From Priapulus caudatus (lineage: Eukaryota): 60,832 nucleotides of DNA. Made by a program: the position numbers and the translations under genes. Shown here piece by piece: positions 50,101 to 60,832 of the stretch; positions within the stretch are counted from its first letter, which is position 1; each line of letters starts with the position of its first letter. The stretch lies in NCBI RefSeq assembly GCF_000485595.1, contig NW_014577062.1:884244-945075 (forward strand), given 5' to 3'. Below the pieces are notes generated by a model. That model had not been told where the DNA came from, searched no databases, and saw nothing but the letters and a program-made list of their open reading frames with translations.

Positions 50101-53100
50101 TGACCGTAGATGGCGCTATACCCGCTTTGTAGCGATGGCATTTGAAATAAATAGGTTATGCTGCGCTCCGACATGTTTTGTAAAACTTTACTCTAATATA
50201 GACGTTTTATTGGCAGGGTGGAGAGGAAATACCAATTTTGCATTAAAGATATTGTCAATGAAATCTTGTAAAACGAACCAGACGAGTGTGACACCACAGA
50301 CTGTTTGTGTCTATATAATATGCTATATAATTGCCAAACCCTACCTAATTTGTATAATTTTTTTTTTAATATCAAAACCCCTAGCCCTTATTCATTCACA
50401 TACCAAAAATGAGCAAAATCCGTTGAACCTGAACTGACTAATGGCAATTCCCCTTTTTGCCAAAAAAATTGCCGTGGCTCGAAAGTACGTCGACTAGCGT
50501 GCTTCAAAATAGGACGTTTAATATGGTAACAAACTATACCCAATTTCAAACATGTGGGTCAAACGGTTCCTGAGTTATCGTTGACCGTAGCGAAATGTTG
50601 ACGGACGGACGGACGGACGGACGGACGGACGGACGGACGGACGGACGGACGGACGTACGACGGACGACGACCCATGGCAATAGCTCAGCTTGATGATGTC
50701 AAAGTGAGCTAAAAAGCATGTGACGATTCTAGACCAACCTGGTTGAACAGAGCAGCAGAATCATCACTTGCCAGTCCCGATCCCCGCTGTGGAAGACATT
50801 CATATATGGCATGTGCCAGATCAAGCTGATCGCTCCGTTCACACATGTATAGGCACTCCAAGCCTAGAGACATCAGTGTATCTGTGTTTGTGATCACTGG
50901 CTTGCTTACCTACCGAGAAAATTGAAGATGGACGGTTTATATGTAACGCTACACATGTGAATGACATTGTTTTCTGTTAATAATAATATCATACTTTTAA
51001 CAAATATCAGTGCAAACAACACTAGTGTGACAACTGTGATGAAATCCTATTAAGAATAATACCTCAGGTTTAGACATTTGGAATATCTTTAGGCAGCGTG
51101 ACAGGTCTGTTTTCGCCATGTTAACGACATATTCACGAAGGAGTTTGCCAGCACTGTCTGGTGAACGCTTCACACAACGGTCAAGAAAAGGCAATATCCA
51201 GAGATGAACATTCTTTTCATACATTTCCTCGGATGACTGAAGCAAAACAATACAAGTCTTGAGAAAATTTAATAAACTAAAATGTAAAACGAAAATGTAA
51301 TTTTACTAAATATAAAATGTAATTTTAAAATACTAAACTCATAAATGCTAATTTCAATTTCATATCTTGTCAGTTAACCAGCAGAATGCATATTCAGGAC
51401 ATTTTATCAAAACTTTAACTTGAAAAAAAAATATTTGCTCGTTGAATAAGTGCCAATAAACATGAGAATGCACGAGGGAAGTATTCACTGCAGGATATTT
51501 ATAGGGCTATTTCTCTGTCAATAAACCTTCATTTAACGGGCAGAAAGAAATGGCACTTTGGCAGTGAAATCCACAATTACTAAGGTTGGCAGGTTTATAG
51601 ATTCACGACTAGCACCGCATCATAGCTTACCCTACTCATGAGAAGTTGTAGCTGCTCAATATTGGTCAGGCTTTGATAGTGTTCCAGTGTAACACAATCG
51701 CCAACCTCACCTTCATACACCAGCACCTCCACTGTTGTCAAATCATCGGCAAGTGCTTCCAAACCCTGATATAAAGGCACATTTATAGCACTGAATGATG
51801 TTGATAAATAAGATTACAAGCGACCTTCGCATAATCACATAGTAATTTACTTGAGCTTTTCATATGGTAAACCTGGTTGACATTGAATCGCAACTGAACT
51901 CATTCACAACCTATATTTATTCACAAGCAATCAACAACATTTATGTTTTATTTTCATACCTCAGACTGCATGTATACAAGATCGAAGATGTATTTATTAA
52001 TATTGTGTTTTGCTTCATGAAATTCACATTTATGATCAGTCTCACCTTCACATTGTGGAAAATGCCTAGACGAACCATGTCTGTAGCATTGTCGACACGG
52101 CAACTTAATCTCTCGATTTCCAAGCTGCGGAATCGATACCACATGCTAAGCTGGTCTGTTGACATATGCACCACACCTTCAGGGGTCAGTTCCAGTTTGA
52201 ACTGCAAAAGCTCTGGCACATCCTCATATAGGAATCCTCCCAGGTTGGGAACAGTTGGATTTATCGCGCTGCTGCAAATGATAATGAAAGTGTCAATGAC
52301 ACTGTAGCTCACCACAAAAAAAGTGAGAAGAAGTCAGTTAGAGAACCATTGACGTACATTATAGAAACGAAGAGTATATATGGGAGAACTCCCATTATAT
52401 ACTCTTGATAATTATATGTGTAATTTTTTATGTGAAAATAATAAATAATATTATATATAAATTATAAATAATTTATAAACCAAAATGAATCACAATTTGT
52501 GACGGTAGATGGCGCTATACCCGCTTTGATGTTTCTTAGCATAAACCATTATATCATCAAACTGCATGCAGCGCCCCCTTCCCACACTCAGGATATACCA
52601 CTGCCACAATGCTAGCACTATTTTTACAGTGGGCGGAGCTCCGGGGAAATCCAGCAAATGGCAAGCCAACGGCCGCGAAGTCGCCGCTGAACAAAACATT
52701 AGAAATTTCTATGATTTGCATGTTTGTTGGTGGACAAATTTAGATGTTTTAAGCTGAATACGCAAAAATGTATCAAAGACAATGTTCGAGAATTAGGTAT
52801 ATTGGCAAGCATCCCGAAAATTCATGATAAATACGTGAACTTAGTTTAGTAAACAGCGTAATGATTTGAAAGTAGTAAATGGGCGCACTATTTCGTATCA
52901 CTATTTTATCAAATTGCTCATGAAATAATGGTCCGACTTTTATTATCTTTGCAGCTTTTATAAGTACACACCGTATTACATAGGACAGGAGTAACGGGAT
53001 CGCTGTAAAACTTATAGTAAAAAAGCGTAAGAAATTCTTACGGAAATCAGCTTGTGGCAGTGGTAGAATTGAGCCAGAGCGAAAGCGCCATCTGTCGTGG

Positions 53101-56100
53101 AGTTCGTTATATCATATGTTCATAGCAGGAATTTTGCATTAAAGGGTGAGTTTACTCTAGGTTCTAGAGTTATTTTCAGCTAATTTAGGTTATAATTACG
53201 CTACATAAAAAGTTTCATGGTTCAATCATCATAAAAAAAAAATTTTTTAAATGTTTTAAAACTAACGACTACAGTTTTATTACAACGACAGTGGCGCCAC
53301 TCAAAGCGCACTATCTGATAAGTTGCGCAAAACCACTTTCCAGCCAAGGGCTACAGACCGAGGGTGTTTCTTATTTATTTATTTAAAAGCAAAAGGATTG
53401 TAATTTCTTATAAACGGCATATAGTTTCAGTTATAATATGGATAAATTTACCCTAAATGATAACCGTTTGGTTAAATAGCATTTAGGTATAAATATAATT
53501 GCACTTTTGTGATTAGCCCTTGGTCTGTAACGTGCAAAATAAACTGTCAAATACGCAACTTTTTCGGCGTGGCAGCACGGTCGCGAGTGTCATGGCGCCG
53601 TTCAAATTTCGTAGCGTTGATGTGTAATTAATTATAACAATTAAATTAGGTACCTGGTAATAAATACGTGTGGGTATAAACGATTTGTTATACAGTAAGT
53701 ACAGTTGTATGCAGTAAAATCCTAGAGGCTACTGTCCCTTTAAAGATATTGTCAATGAAATCTTGTAAAACGAACCAGACGAGTGTGACACCACAGACTG
53801 TTTGTTATCTGCGTGTCTATATAATATGCTGTATAATTGCCAATCCCTACCTAATTTGCATAATGTTTTTTTAAATATCAAAACCCCTAGCCCTTATTCA
53901 TTCACATACCAAAAATGAGCAAAATCCGTTGAACCTGAACTGACTAATAGCAATTCCCATTTTTGTCAAAAAATTGCCGTGGCTCGAAAGTACGTCGACT
54001 GGCATGCTCCAAAATAGGACGTTTAACATGGGAGCATAGCAGTAACAACTATACCCAATTTCAAACATGTGGGTCAAACGGTTCCTGAGTTATCGTTGAC
54101 CGTAGCCAAATGTTGACGGACGAACGGACGAACGGACGACGACCCATGGCAATAGCTCAGCTTGACGATGTCAAGGTGAGCTAAAAACACATGGCATAAA
54201 CAGTGCAGTGTGTCTACATACATGCATGTGTGCGTATATGCATATGTGAATTGTTTCTCGGCAAAACCCTACTTGACAGCAATGACAATAACTCTGTGCT
54301 TTGTAAATCGTATATATCAGTATGATGATTTGTAAATTTGTCAGTACGACACGTTCACCAAACATATTTCTTATAGACTACTACAACCAATAACTAATGG
54401 CAACAATGCTCAGATGTTGAATTGCAGCATATGGCATACCTGCAAGGCTCAACTTCACACCAATCTTTTTCACGTAGAGTCTCCATTCCCCACGGCTCCA
54501 CGGTGCCATCACTCTGAATTTTCGGCAGCAGGCACTCGTAATTGCTCGGAGGGACAATTTCTGGGAAGTTACTAAGAATCGGAAGCCAATGAGGCAGAAG
54601 ATCGTCTCCGTGATGCATGAGAAGTGTCTCCACAGAGTGCACACGACCACACTGGAAATGATAAAATATTTCCACACACCGTACCATTTTACCAAATGAC
54701 TTCTTAAACATTTCTTGTGCCATACTAGCCATGCCTAGGGAAATCAATTTATGGGTTTAAGAGATTCTACATAATTGGTAAAATAATAACACCTGTTGAA
54801 TATATAACACTTATAATAGTAATATACCTTTTAAACAAAAGGTTTGATTAGCACAACCTTAACACTACCATCAAACGTCTTACTGCTGTTATATTCAAGG
54901 ACCTACTACCTAATGTCTACTGCTCACTAACTCTGTATTACTATACATATGATATCATTAAACTGAAGCCTGTAACCTGAGCATATCCCACAGCCAGCTC
55001 AACAATATTCTTCTCTCTCAGCTCCTTGAACTCCTTGTAGTCGAAATGCTCATCGGCAACACTGGCGCCACCTAGTAGAATCTCATACGTCGTCAATCTG
55101 TCGAGGTAACGGAGCAGCTTCTGCCGTGACTGACACAGCTGTATCTGCTGCAGAGTCAACCTGAGAGAAAGAATGCACACAGGCGTGAACGAAGTCATAG
55201 CCACGGCAGTCACTAATTAGTATCTCAAGTTGTGTTTTTTCTTGTAAAATAGAATTAAGCCAGACACACGAGTGAAGGCTAAAGCCTGAAATAGAACAAC
55301 TACAAGAATGAGAGAAGAAAGGGTAGTTGGAGCTCCAAGAAGATGATTCTATTAATGTGACTATGAAGAAGCTACAAAGAACGGCACAAGATGACATAAA
55401 ATGCACATGCCAAGGCAAAACCAACCAAACTCCTCTAGAATTCACAAACTGGCATGCATGGCACTAAAATACTAGATAGCACTTATCAAATTTTGTGACA
55501 TATTTAAAAATTACCTGTCAAAATTCACTTTTGATAACAAGTTTTTTCTCTTCGCTTGCCTACGCTCTTCGATCACTTTTGCATCATCTTCATCGTATGG
55601 ATCCAGATCTTCATAATACTCATCAGTGGTTGAAATGAATCTGAAATTATAGAATAATCAAATCCATATCATACTATATGCAAAAAAAATTAAACCATCC
55701 ACATATTTAAGCAAGAAACAGTGGCCATATTGTAAGTAGTGTGTATAATTGAATGACAACCACCTTCCATAGTCTTTACCACACCCAATAGATATGAGTG
55801 CTTCAAGATCTGTACCACGAAGACCGTGCATGAGAAGCTCTCTAGCTGCGTCCACATCGTCTGGAACCCTTTCTAGACACTCGTGTAACACCCACGACTG
55901 CTTGCTGATCTTCGTCTGTAAACAGAATTAAACACTGTGTGCACTGCACATGCTAAAACTGCATCTACCTACAATTATATTGTATAATCAGTGAGACACG
56001 GTAGGAGAAGCTCATAGGAGACGCTGACTGACCAGGTAGTCTTGTATTGCTGCAAGGGATGCATTTGATTTTCTCCACTGACATTGGTAGACTAGATCAC

Positions 56101-59100
56101 AGTCCATGCCATAGGCTTTGGCAAGTGCTAAGGCTTCCCCATATTCTTCATCATCTATCTGCAAATATTAAACAAAAGCACAAGGTGTATTACGACTAGA
56201 AACAATTACCTGACCAATACAAAACACATATATATGTTTGCACATTGTCAGCTCTAGTATGTTTGATATCAGTTACTCAATATAGCAACCAATTCAGTGT
56301 TTCTCGTAAAGACTAATGTCATTCTCTTAACCTTGTGAAACAAAACATGGCAAAATAATCACCTTTCTAGCATATAGCTCTTCTGGAGTTGTAGATTTGA
56401 GGCACATCAGGCGATATGTTCTGTTCATTAGCCTAGCAGAAGAAATTGACATTTAACTGTAACAGTATTCATGTTATTTCATGCACTGCACCAACGCACC
56501 ATCTATTATAATTTAATGGTATTCGACAAGTCTTGATTGTAGTTAATGTGTTTTATTTAGCACGAACGAAGTTACAACGTTGACATGGGCGCTGCCATGT
56601 TGAATTCCAATACTCGCGTACGGCGCTTATAATAGATGGCGCGTTGGTGCAGTGCATGAAATAACATGAATACTGTTACAGTAACAAGTAGGCAACATGT
56701 TAGAGCGCCAAGCCCAAACACACTCAAGCCGTTAAAAAAACAGAGAACATTAACATGAACCTAAACTTCAATTTGATCACACCGCACCTCACACAAAGAT
56801 ACACACGTGCTCTTACTTGGGACGCTTGCGTGGTGGTCGAAAAGACTCCATATCTGTAACGGCATAAAGCGCATGCTTCATGCAACTAGTAGTCCGCCTC
56901 ACAATGCCTATGCTATCTTCATCTTCCTCCTCTTCCTCAACATCTATGAATGGTTCATGATGCTCCATGAACTGGCCATCACCAGACACCAGTCTGCGCT
57001 TTTTCGGTGCAACTGTATTCTCACACTGTTGGAGAAGCAAACAGCAATGATGTAAATGAACGCAGTAAATATTAAGTAACAATATAACTAAGCTGCTGCA
57101 ACATGTGTTACAACTGCTGCTGTTGCCAGTGCCACTACATTGACTACAATGACCATTTTTGGCTGCCTCAAAATAGTTATGACCATTCTAAACATTTTTA
57201 GTTTGATCCCCACTTTAGGATTGTATCTACATGTGGGTATAAGCCTTGTAGTCAAGCATACCATGCACACACACACATGCGCGCAACCGAAATAAAATCT
57301 GGTCGTAAAATATTCTGTGATAGGCTTACCTCCAGGGTAAGCAAGGCTCCGTCACAGACATGGGAGAGTTGGGGAGATGAATTGAACCACTCGCAGGACT
57401 GCCCCAATAGATTATGTAGAGTCTTGCGAGAGGAAACGGTAACCGATCCAGAGAGTCTTGCGAGAATCACAGCCTGCAATTGTGAAATGTTTGTAGAGAA
57501 TGCGGAATGCCAGGTTTTATAACACTCTCATCTTACGTTGCAAAATCAGCACGTTGCTTTTGTTCCAAATACACAAAGCTTACTGACCTCTTCAGACCAC
57601 CAACTGACATCCACAGGCAGGTTTATATTTTGATCTTCTTTTGGTGTTTTCTTCGTGGCCTTGTTGTACAAACCGATGCTTAGTGGCCTCTCTTCATCAT
57701 AGCCTGGCTGCAAGTAAATTGTAAGGAAGTTACAGGATATTCCAAAAAATCCTCTCTAGTAAAACACCCACATATGGATTTCAGACACAATGAGATTGAT
57801 AAGGCAAGTTGAGATGGCGGATGGGGAAAATTGCATTCATCTGGAAGTTAGTTTCCATACCTGATCCTCCAAACTCCAACTTTTATCCAGTCTGAGCGAT
57901 GGAACCTGCCAAATGGAGAGCATTCCAGACCGGTGTACTGTAGCTAAGCGATAGCACTCCGGGGACAATAACATGCGATACACAAAATCTGGTTCCGTCT
58001 GGCGAATGAAAAATCTCATGTCCGTGATTCGCCTCAGAAAACCTTTACCTTGCCGAACCTGGAGATGAATATACACCAACAAATAACACCGCAGTAGTAC
58101 AATCAATCAACTAAGCTTTAACCTAATTTGATCTTTACAACTCTAGACAATGAATATAGATGATTAGCAAACATGTATGGCATCATACCGTTTCAACATC
58201 CTCAGACAGCTGTGTCACTTGCTTGTAATGTGGATAGTCAGCCAGCACTCTCCATGCAGTGATGCCTTTGCTCATTGCCTCAGACAAACCTATGTGATGA
58301 TAACTAGAGTACAGGATTTTGCCATATACCAGTTGATGCAGATAGGTGATTCTTGTGAAACAGAACTGCATGCCATAATGCTCGCATGATCTAATTTTAT
58401 ATTTGAGATTTCCTAATGAACCCATTTGCTTATTGACCAAAATATTTTACAGTATTTGATAAGCATCACAAGTGCAGCATCAGAAATTTATGAAATGATT
58501 GAAAGCGTGACGGTTTCTTATTGGGAGTGAGTGAACACTTTGTCACATTTTTTGATGCAACAGGTTAATCAAAATTAATTCATGTGTTATGTGTTTAATC
58601 TCATAAGTGTCACTAACCATCAACACCGGCATTGTCCTGACAGCAACCACCAACAATGAGCAATCTGTGCTGCTTGTCATAGCACACAGCTCCAACACCT
58701 TGTGGGTACGTGTCTTTGAAGCTGAAGGAGTGATGTTGCTGATAACCCTCCTCTCCAGTCCTGACAACATTCCAATAATGCTAAATTATTATTGTTTGTT
58801 TTCTCAAGTTTTTGCATCAAATGTAATATATTGATATTGGAAATACATTAACAGTTGTTTTATGAACAGTGTAAGACTTAAAATACCATGTAATGAAAGG
58901 GTCAATGACACTGTAGCTCACCACAAAAAAGGACACAAATGAGTGAGTGAGAAGAAGTCAGTTTTAATTGAGCAACCATCGACGTACATTATAGAAACGA
59001 AGAGTATATATGGGAGAACTCCCATTATATACGCTTGATAATTATGTGTAATTTTTTATGTGAAAATTATAAACAATATTATATATATTATAAATCATTT

Positions 59101-60373
59101 ATAAACCAAAATGAATCAATTTGTGACGGTAGATGGCGCTACACCCGCTTTGATGTTTCTTAGCATAAATCATTATATCATAATAATAATAATATAATAA
59201 TAATAGTATAAATCATAATATGTTCATAGCAGGGATTTTTCATTAAAGATATTGTCAATGAAATCTTGTAAAACGAACCAGACGAATCAAATGCTTTCAC
59301 TCATGCAACCTTTCAAGGACAATGAATGACTACATTGCCTTCACTTCCACCTTACCTGATATAGTAGCTGGTAAGTTGACCATTGTAGCTAATAAACAGC
59401 AACTCAGCCGCCCACTTGGCATCTCTCTCACGTTCGAGAAATATTAGCTCAGCTGCTGCCTCGCTGCAATCTACAATTCCAGCTGCTGCTGCTCCTGCAT
59501 TCTGTAATGCACAACAAATGAAAACGTGTTACACCTTTCAGGATTTTGAGACGATAGTCGTTCCGACTGTACACTTCTTGGTTTTGCATGAATCAGAGTG
59601 CCTCCTAACAAACTATCATATAAATCCTATCATTGACTATAACCTGTATACTCCTGCCCATCCATCAAATATGCATAAATAGGTAAAGACAAGGAAACTC
59701 CCAAAATTTCTTTTTAGAGACATGTCCGTTCTATACAGGTAATTTCACTGCAGAAATACCTGCAGAAAAATGCCATCCATACTTTATACACACGTGTCCT
59801 TCCTATAGGGTTGTTCTCAAACAAGTTTGAAGAAGCACCTTATTTATTAAACACTTCCTACCCAACCTCAATTTATTAAAATAATAAAACGTTGCACATT
59901 TTTCTTATACTGTATAAATGAGCTATACCTGTGAAATGGAACATATCCTTGTTCCAATTATATCAAAAACTCTCACTCCACCACTACTGTCTCCATATGC
60001 CAACAATGAGCTATCAGAGTTCCACACCATTTGTCGCCATTGGGGTTGTGGATCTACTGGGACTGAAAAAAACAATATATTCTATTATTTGCTTATGGAT
60101 TGACAATTGCCATAAATGTATGCAAACTGAAATTTTAATTTAAACACAAACATTTCATATATTGAATCCTTACATTACTAAAATAATTTTCACCAGGTAC
60201 CTTGCCATTTTCTTAGCATGTTTGCAAAATCATCCTTGGATGAACGAATCTCGATACAGTTTTCTTGCAATATTGCTGTGAGTTTCCCATCTCCAGAAAC
60301 AGCAAATTTCCAATGCAATCGACTGTTGATTAACTCAGCCAAACCTGACGGACGACTCCATCCAATAGCTGAC
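40350..60373 (-). CDS. NBAS: Neuroblastoma-amplified sequence (NBAS/NAG; beta-propeller + Sec39 domain); 5'-partial, 37 exons in window
   Basis: Exons 5'->3': 60201-60373 (IEIRSSKDDF), 59929-60062 (DPQPQWR), 59356-59501, 58618-58760, 58189-58289, 57861-58058, 57588-57707, 57330-57473, 56817-57025, 56363-56432 (STTPEELYARK), 56033-56158 (IDDEEYGEAL), 55764-55915, 55515-55640, 54977-55160 (LLRYLDRLTTYE), 54440-54651 (ILSNFPE), 52046-52271, 51631-51765, 51063-51236, 50739-50909, 49516-49657, 49015-49229, 47774-48517 (AQEYFNSA), 46415-46708, 45942-46154, 45465-45626, 44991-45172 (GVDVVRFAQDAEYKRETILGL), 44688-44798, 44138-44385 (IHGTDHARLLYYY), 43538-43764, 43177-43300, 42649-43030, 42298-42475, 41980-42066, 41725-41861, 41353-41482, 40854-40979, 40350-40640 (EAGSLLL..RWLKR*). 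6937 nt, phases consistent. Confidence 0.96.
46902..47761 (-). mobile_element. HINE-like element, copy 2
   Basis: Same termini, stem-loop and (GGAC)n as 29995-31126. Confidence 0.87.
49941..50715 (-). mobile_element. HINE-like element, copy 3
   Basis: Same termini; longer (GGAC)n tract. Confidence 0.87.
52558..53106. mobile_element. Nested element with 9-bp TSD (MULE-like)
   Basis: ttatatcat at 52549-52557 and 53107-53115; imperfect ends caaactgcatgcag / ctgtcgtggagttcg. Confidence 0.75.
53143..53739. mobile_element. Nested Kolobok-like element, TTAA TSD
   Basis: ttaa|AGGGTGAGTTTACTCTAGG ... CCTAGAGGCTACTGTCCCT|ttaa; the empty site cattaaagatattgtc is present in copies 1, 3 and 5. Confidence 0.85.
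56456..56682. mobile_element. 227-bp MITE with ~55-bp TIRs
   Basis: actgtaacagtattcatgttatttcatgcactgcaccaacgc ... gcgttggtgcagtgcatgaaataacatgaatactgttacagt. Confidence 0.85.
58892..59285 (-). mobile_element. HINE-like element, copy 5 (truncated)
   Basis: The stem-loop end is present; similarity stops at aaacgaaccagacga. Confidence 0.82.
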
Positions 60374-60516
60374 CTACATGGGGGTGAAGAATTGTACGTT
60401 TACAAACAATCATGCCTATTTCAACCACAACCATGTTAATTAAATCTTGAAATGGTTTGATTTTACTTCACCAAAGTTTTGACAAGTGGGAAAATTCAAT
60501 TAATTACTAATCTTGC

Positions 60517-60755
60517 GGACCTCCTAAACCGCAAAATGACGTGAAATGCCGCGAAATGACGGCCTCCTAAACCGCGAAAAGGCGCGAAATGACTCAAAAT
60601 CATCATACATAAAATTAAATTAAAGTTAAGTTGTTATTAAATTATTTGAAATTAAATGAAAATGCTAATTAATTTTAAATTAATTACTTAAAAAACGCGA
60701 TATGTCGCCAAATGTCGCGAAATGACACAAAATGACGGCCTAAACCGCGAAATGT
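60517..60755. mobile_element. Partial MITE-like element with internal repeats
   Basis: ggacctcctaaaccgc..aaatgac motifs related to the 17245-17477 termini. Confidence 0.55.
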
Positions 60756-60832
60756 AATAAAGTCTGTAGCAATTTATATTCTTATAACACACACGCACAC
60801 GCATACGCACAAACACACACACACACACACAC

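Larger units (their letters stand above)
52283..54187 (-). mobile_element. HINE-like element, copy 4, with two nested insertions
   Basis: Same termini; colinear with the other copies once 52558-53106 and 53143-53739 are removed. Confidence 0.87.

Noticed and set aside
1..60832. tRNA, rRNA, snoRNA or autonomous transposase/retroelement
   Set aside because: None was recognisable by eye; an Infernal/Rfam scan and tblastn would be needed to exclude them.

Overview
Intron-rich animal genomic DNA. A lophotrochozoan-like invertebrate is my inference from the repeat landscape and TTAGGG repeats; the species cannot be determined. Manual splicing gives four conserved genes. (1) UBE4B/Ufd2 on the minus strand, ATG at 16812 and running off the left edge: 22 exons are visible, about 135 aa are missing at an N gap, and the last two visible exons carry indels. 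(2) The cation-dependent mannose-6-phosphate receptor M6PR on the plus strand, 17576-22552, 6 coding exons, 271 aa, head-to-head with UBE4B. (3) The NMD factor SMG8 on the minus strand, 38750-24470, 19 exons, 873 aa. (4) NBAS on the minus strand, 37 exons at 60373-40350, with its N-terminus beyond the right edge. Introns hold many non-autonomous DNA elements (a Helentron/HINE-like family, hAT-like, Kolobok-like, MULE-like, MITEs, 38-58 bp micro-elements), several nested with clear target-site duplications. The most unusual structures lie in UBE4B: a 44-bp tandem array that amplified a real 5' splice site about 16 times, a triplicated 3' splice site, and a 3.1-kb segment that is exactly inverted relative to its flanks (probably a gap-filling artefact). 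I saw no CRISPR array, RNA gene or autonomous transposase, and no convincing evidence of a wholly new biological system; the findings are leads.
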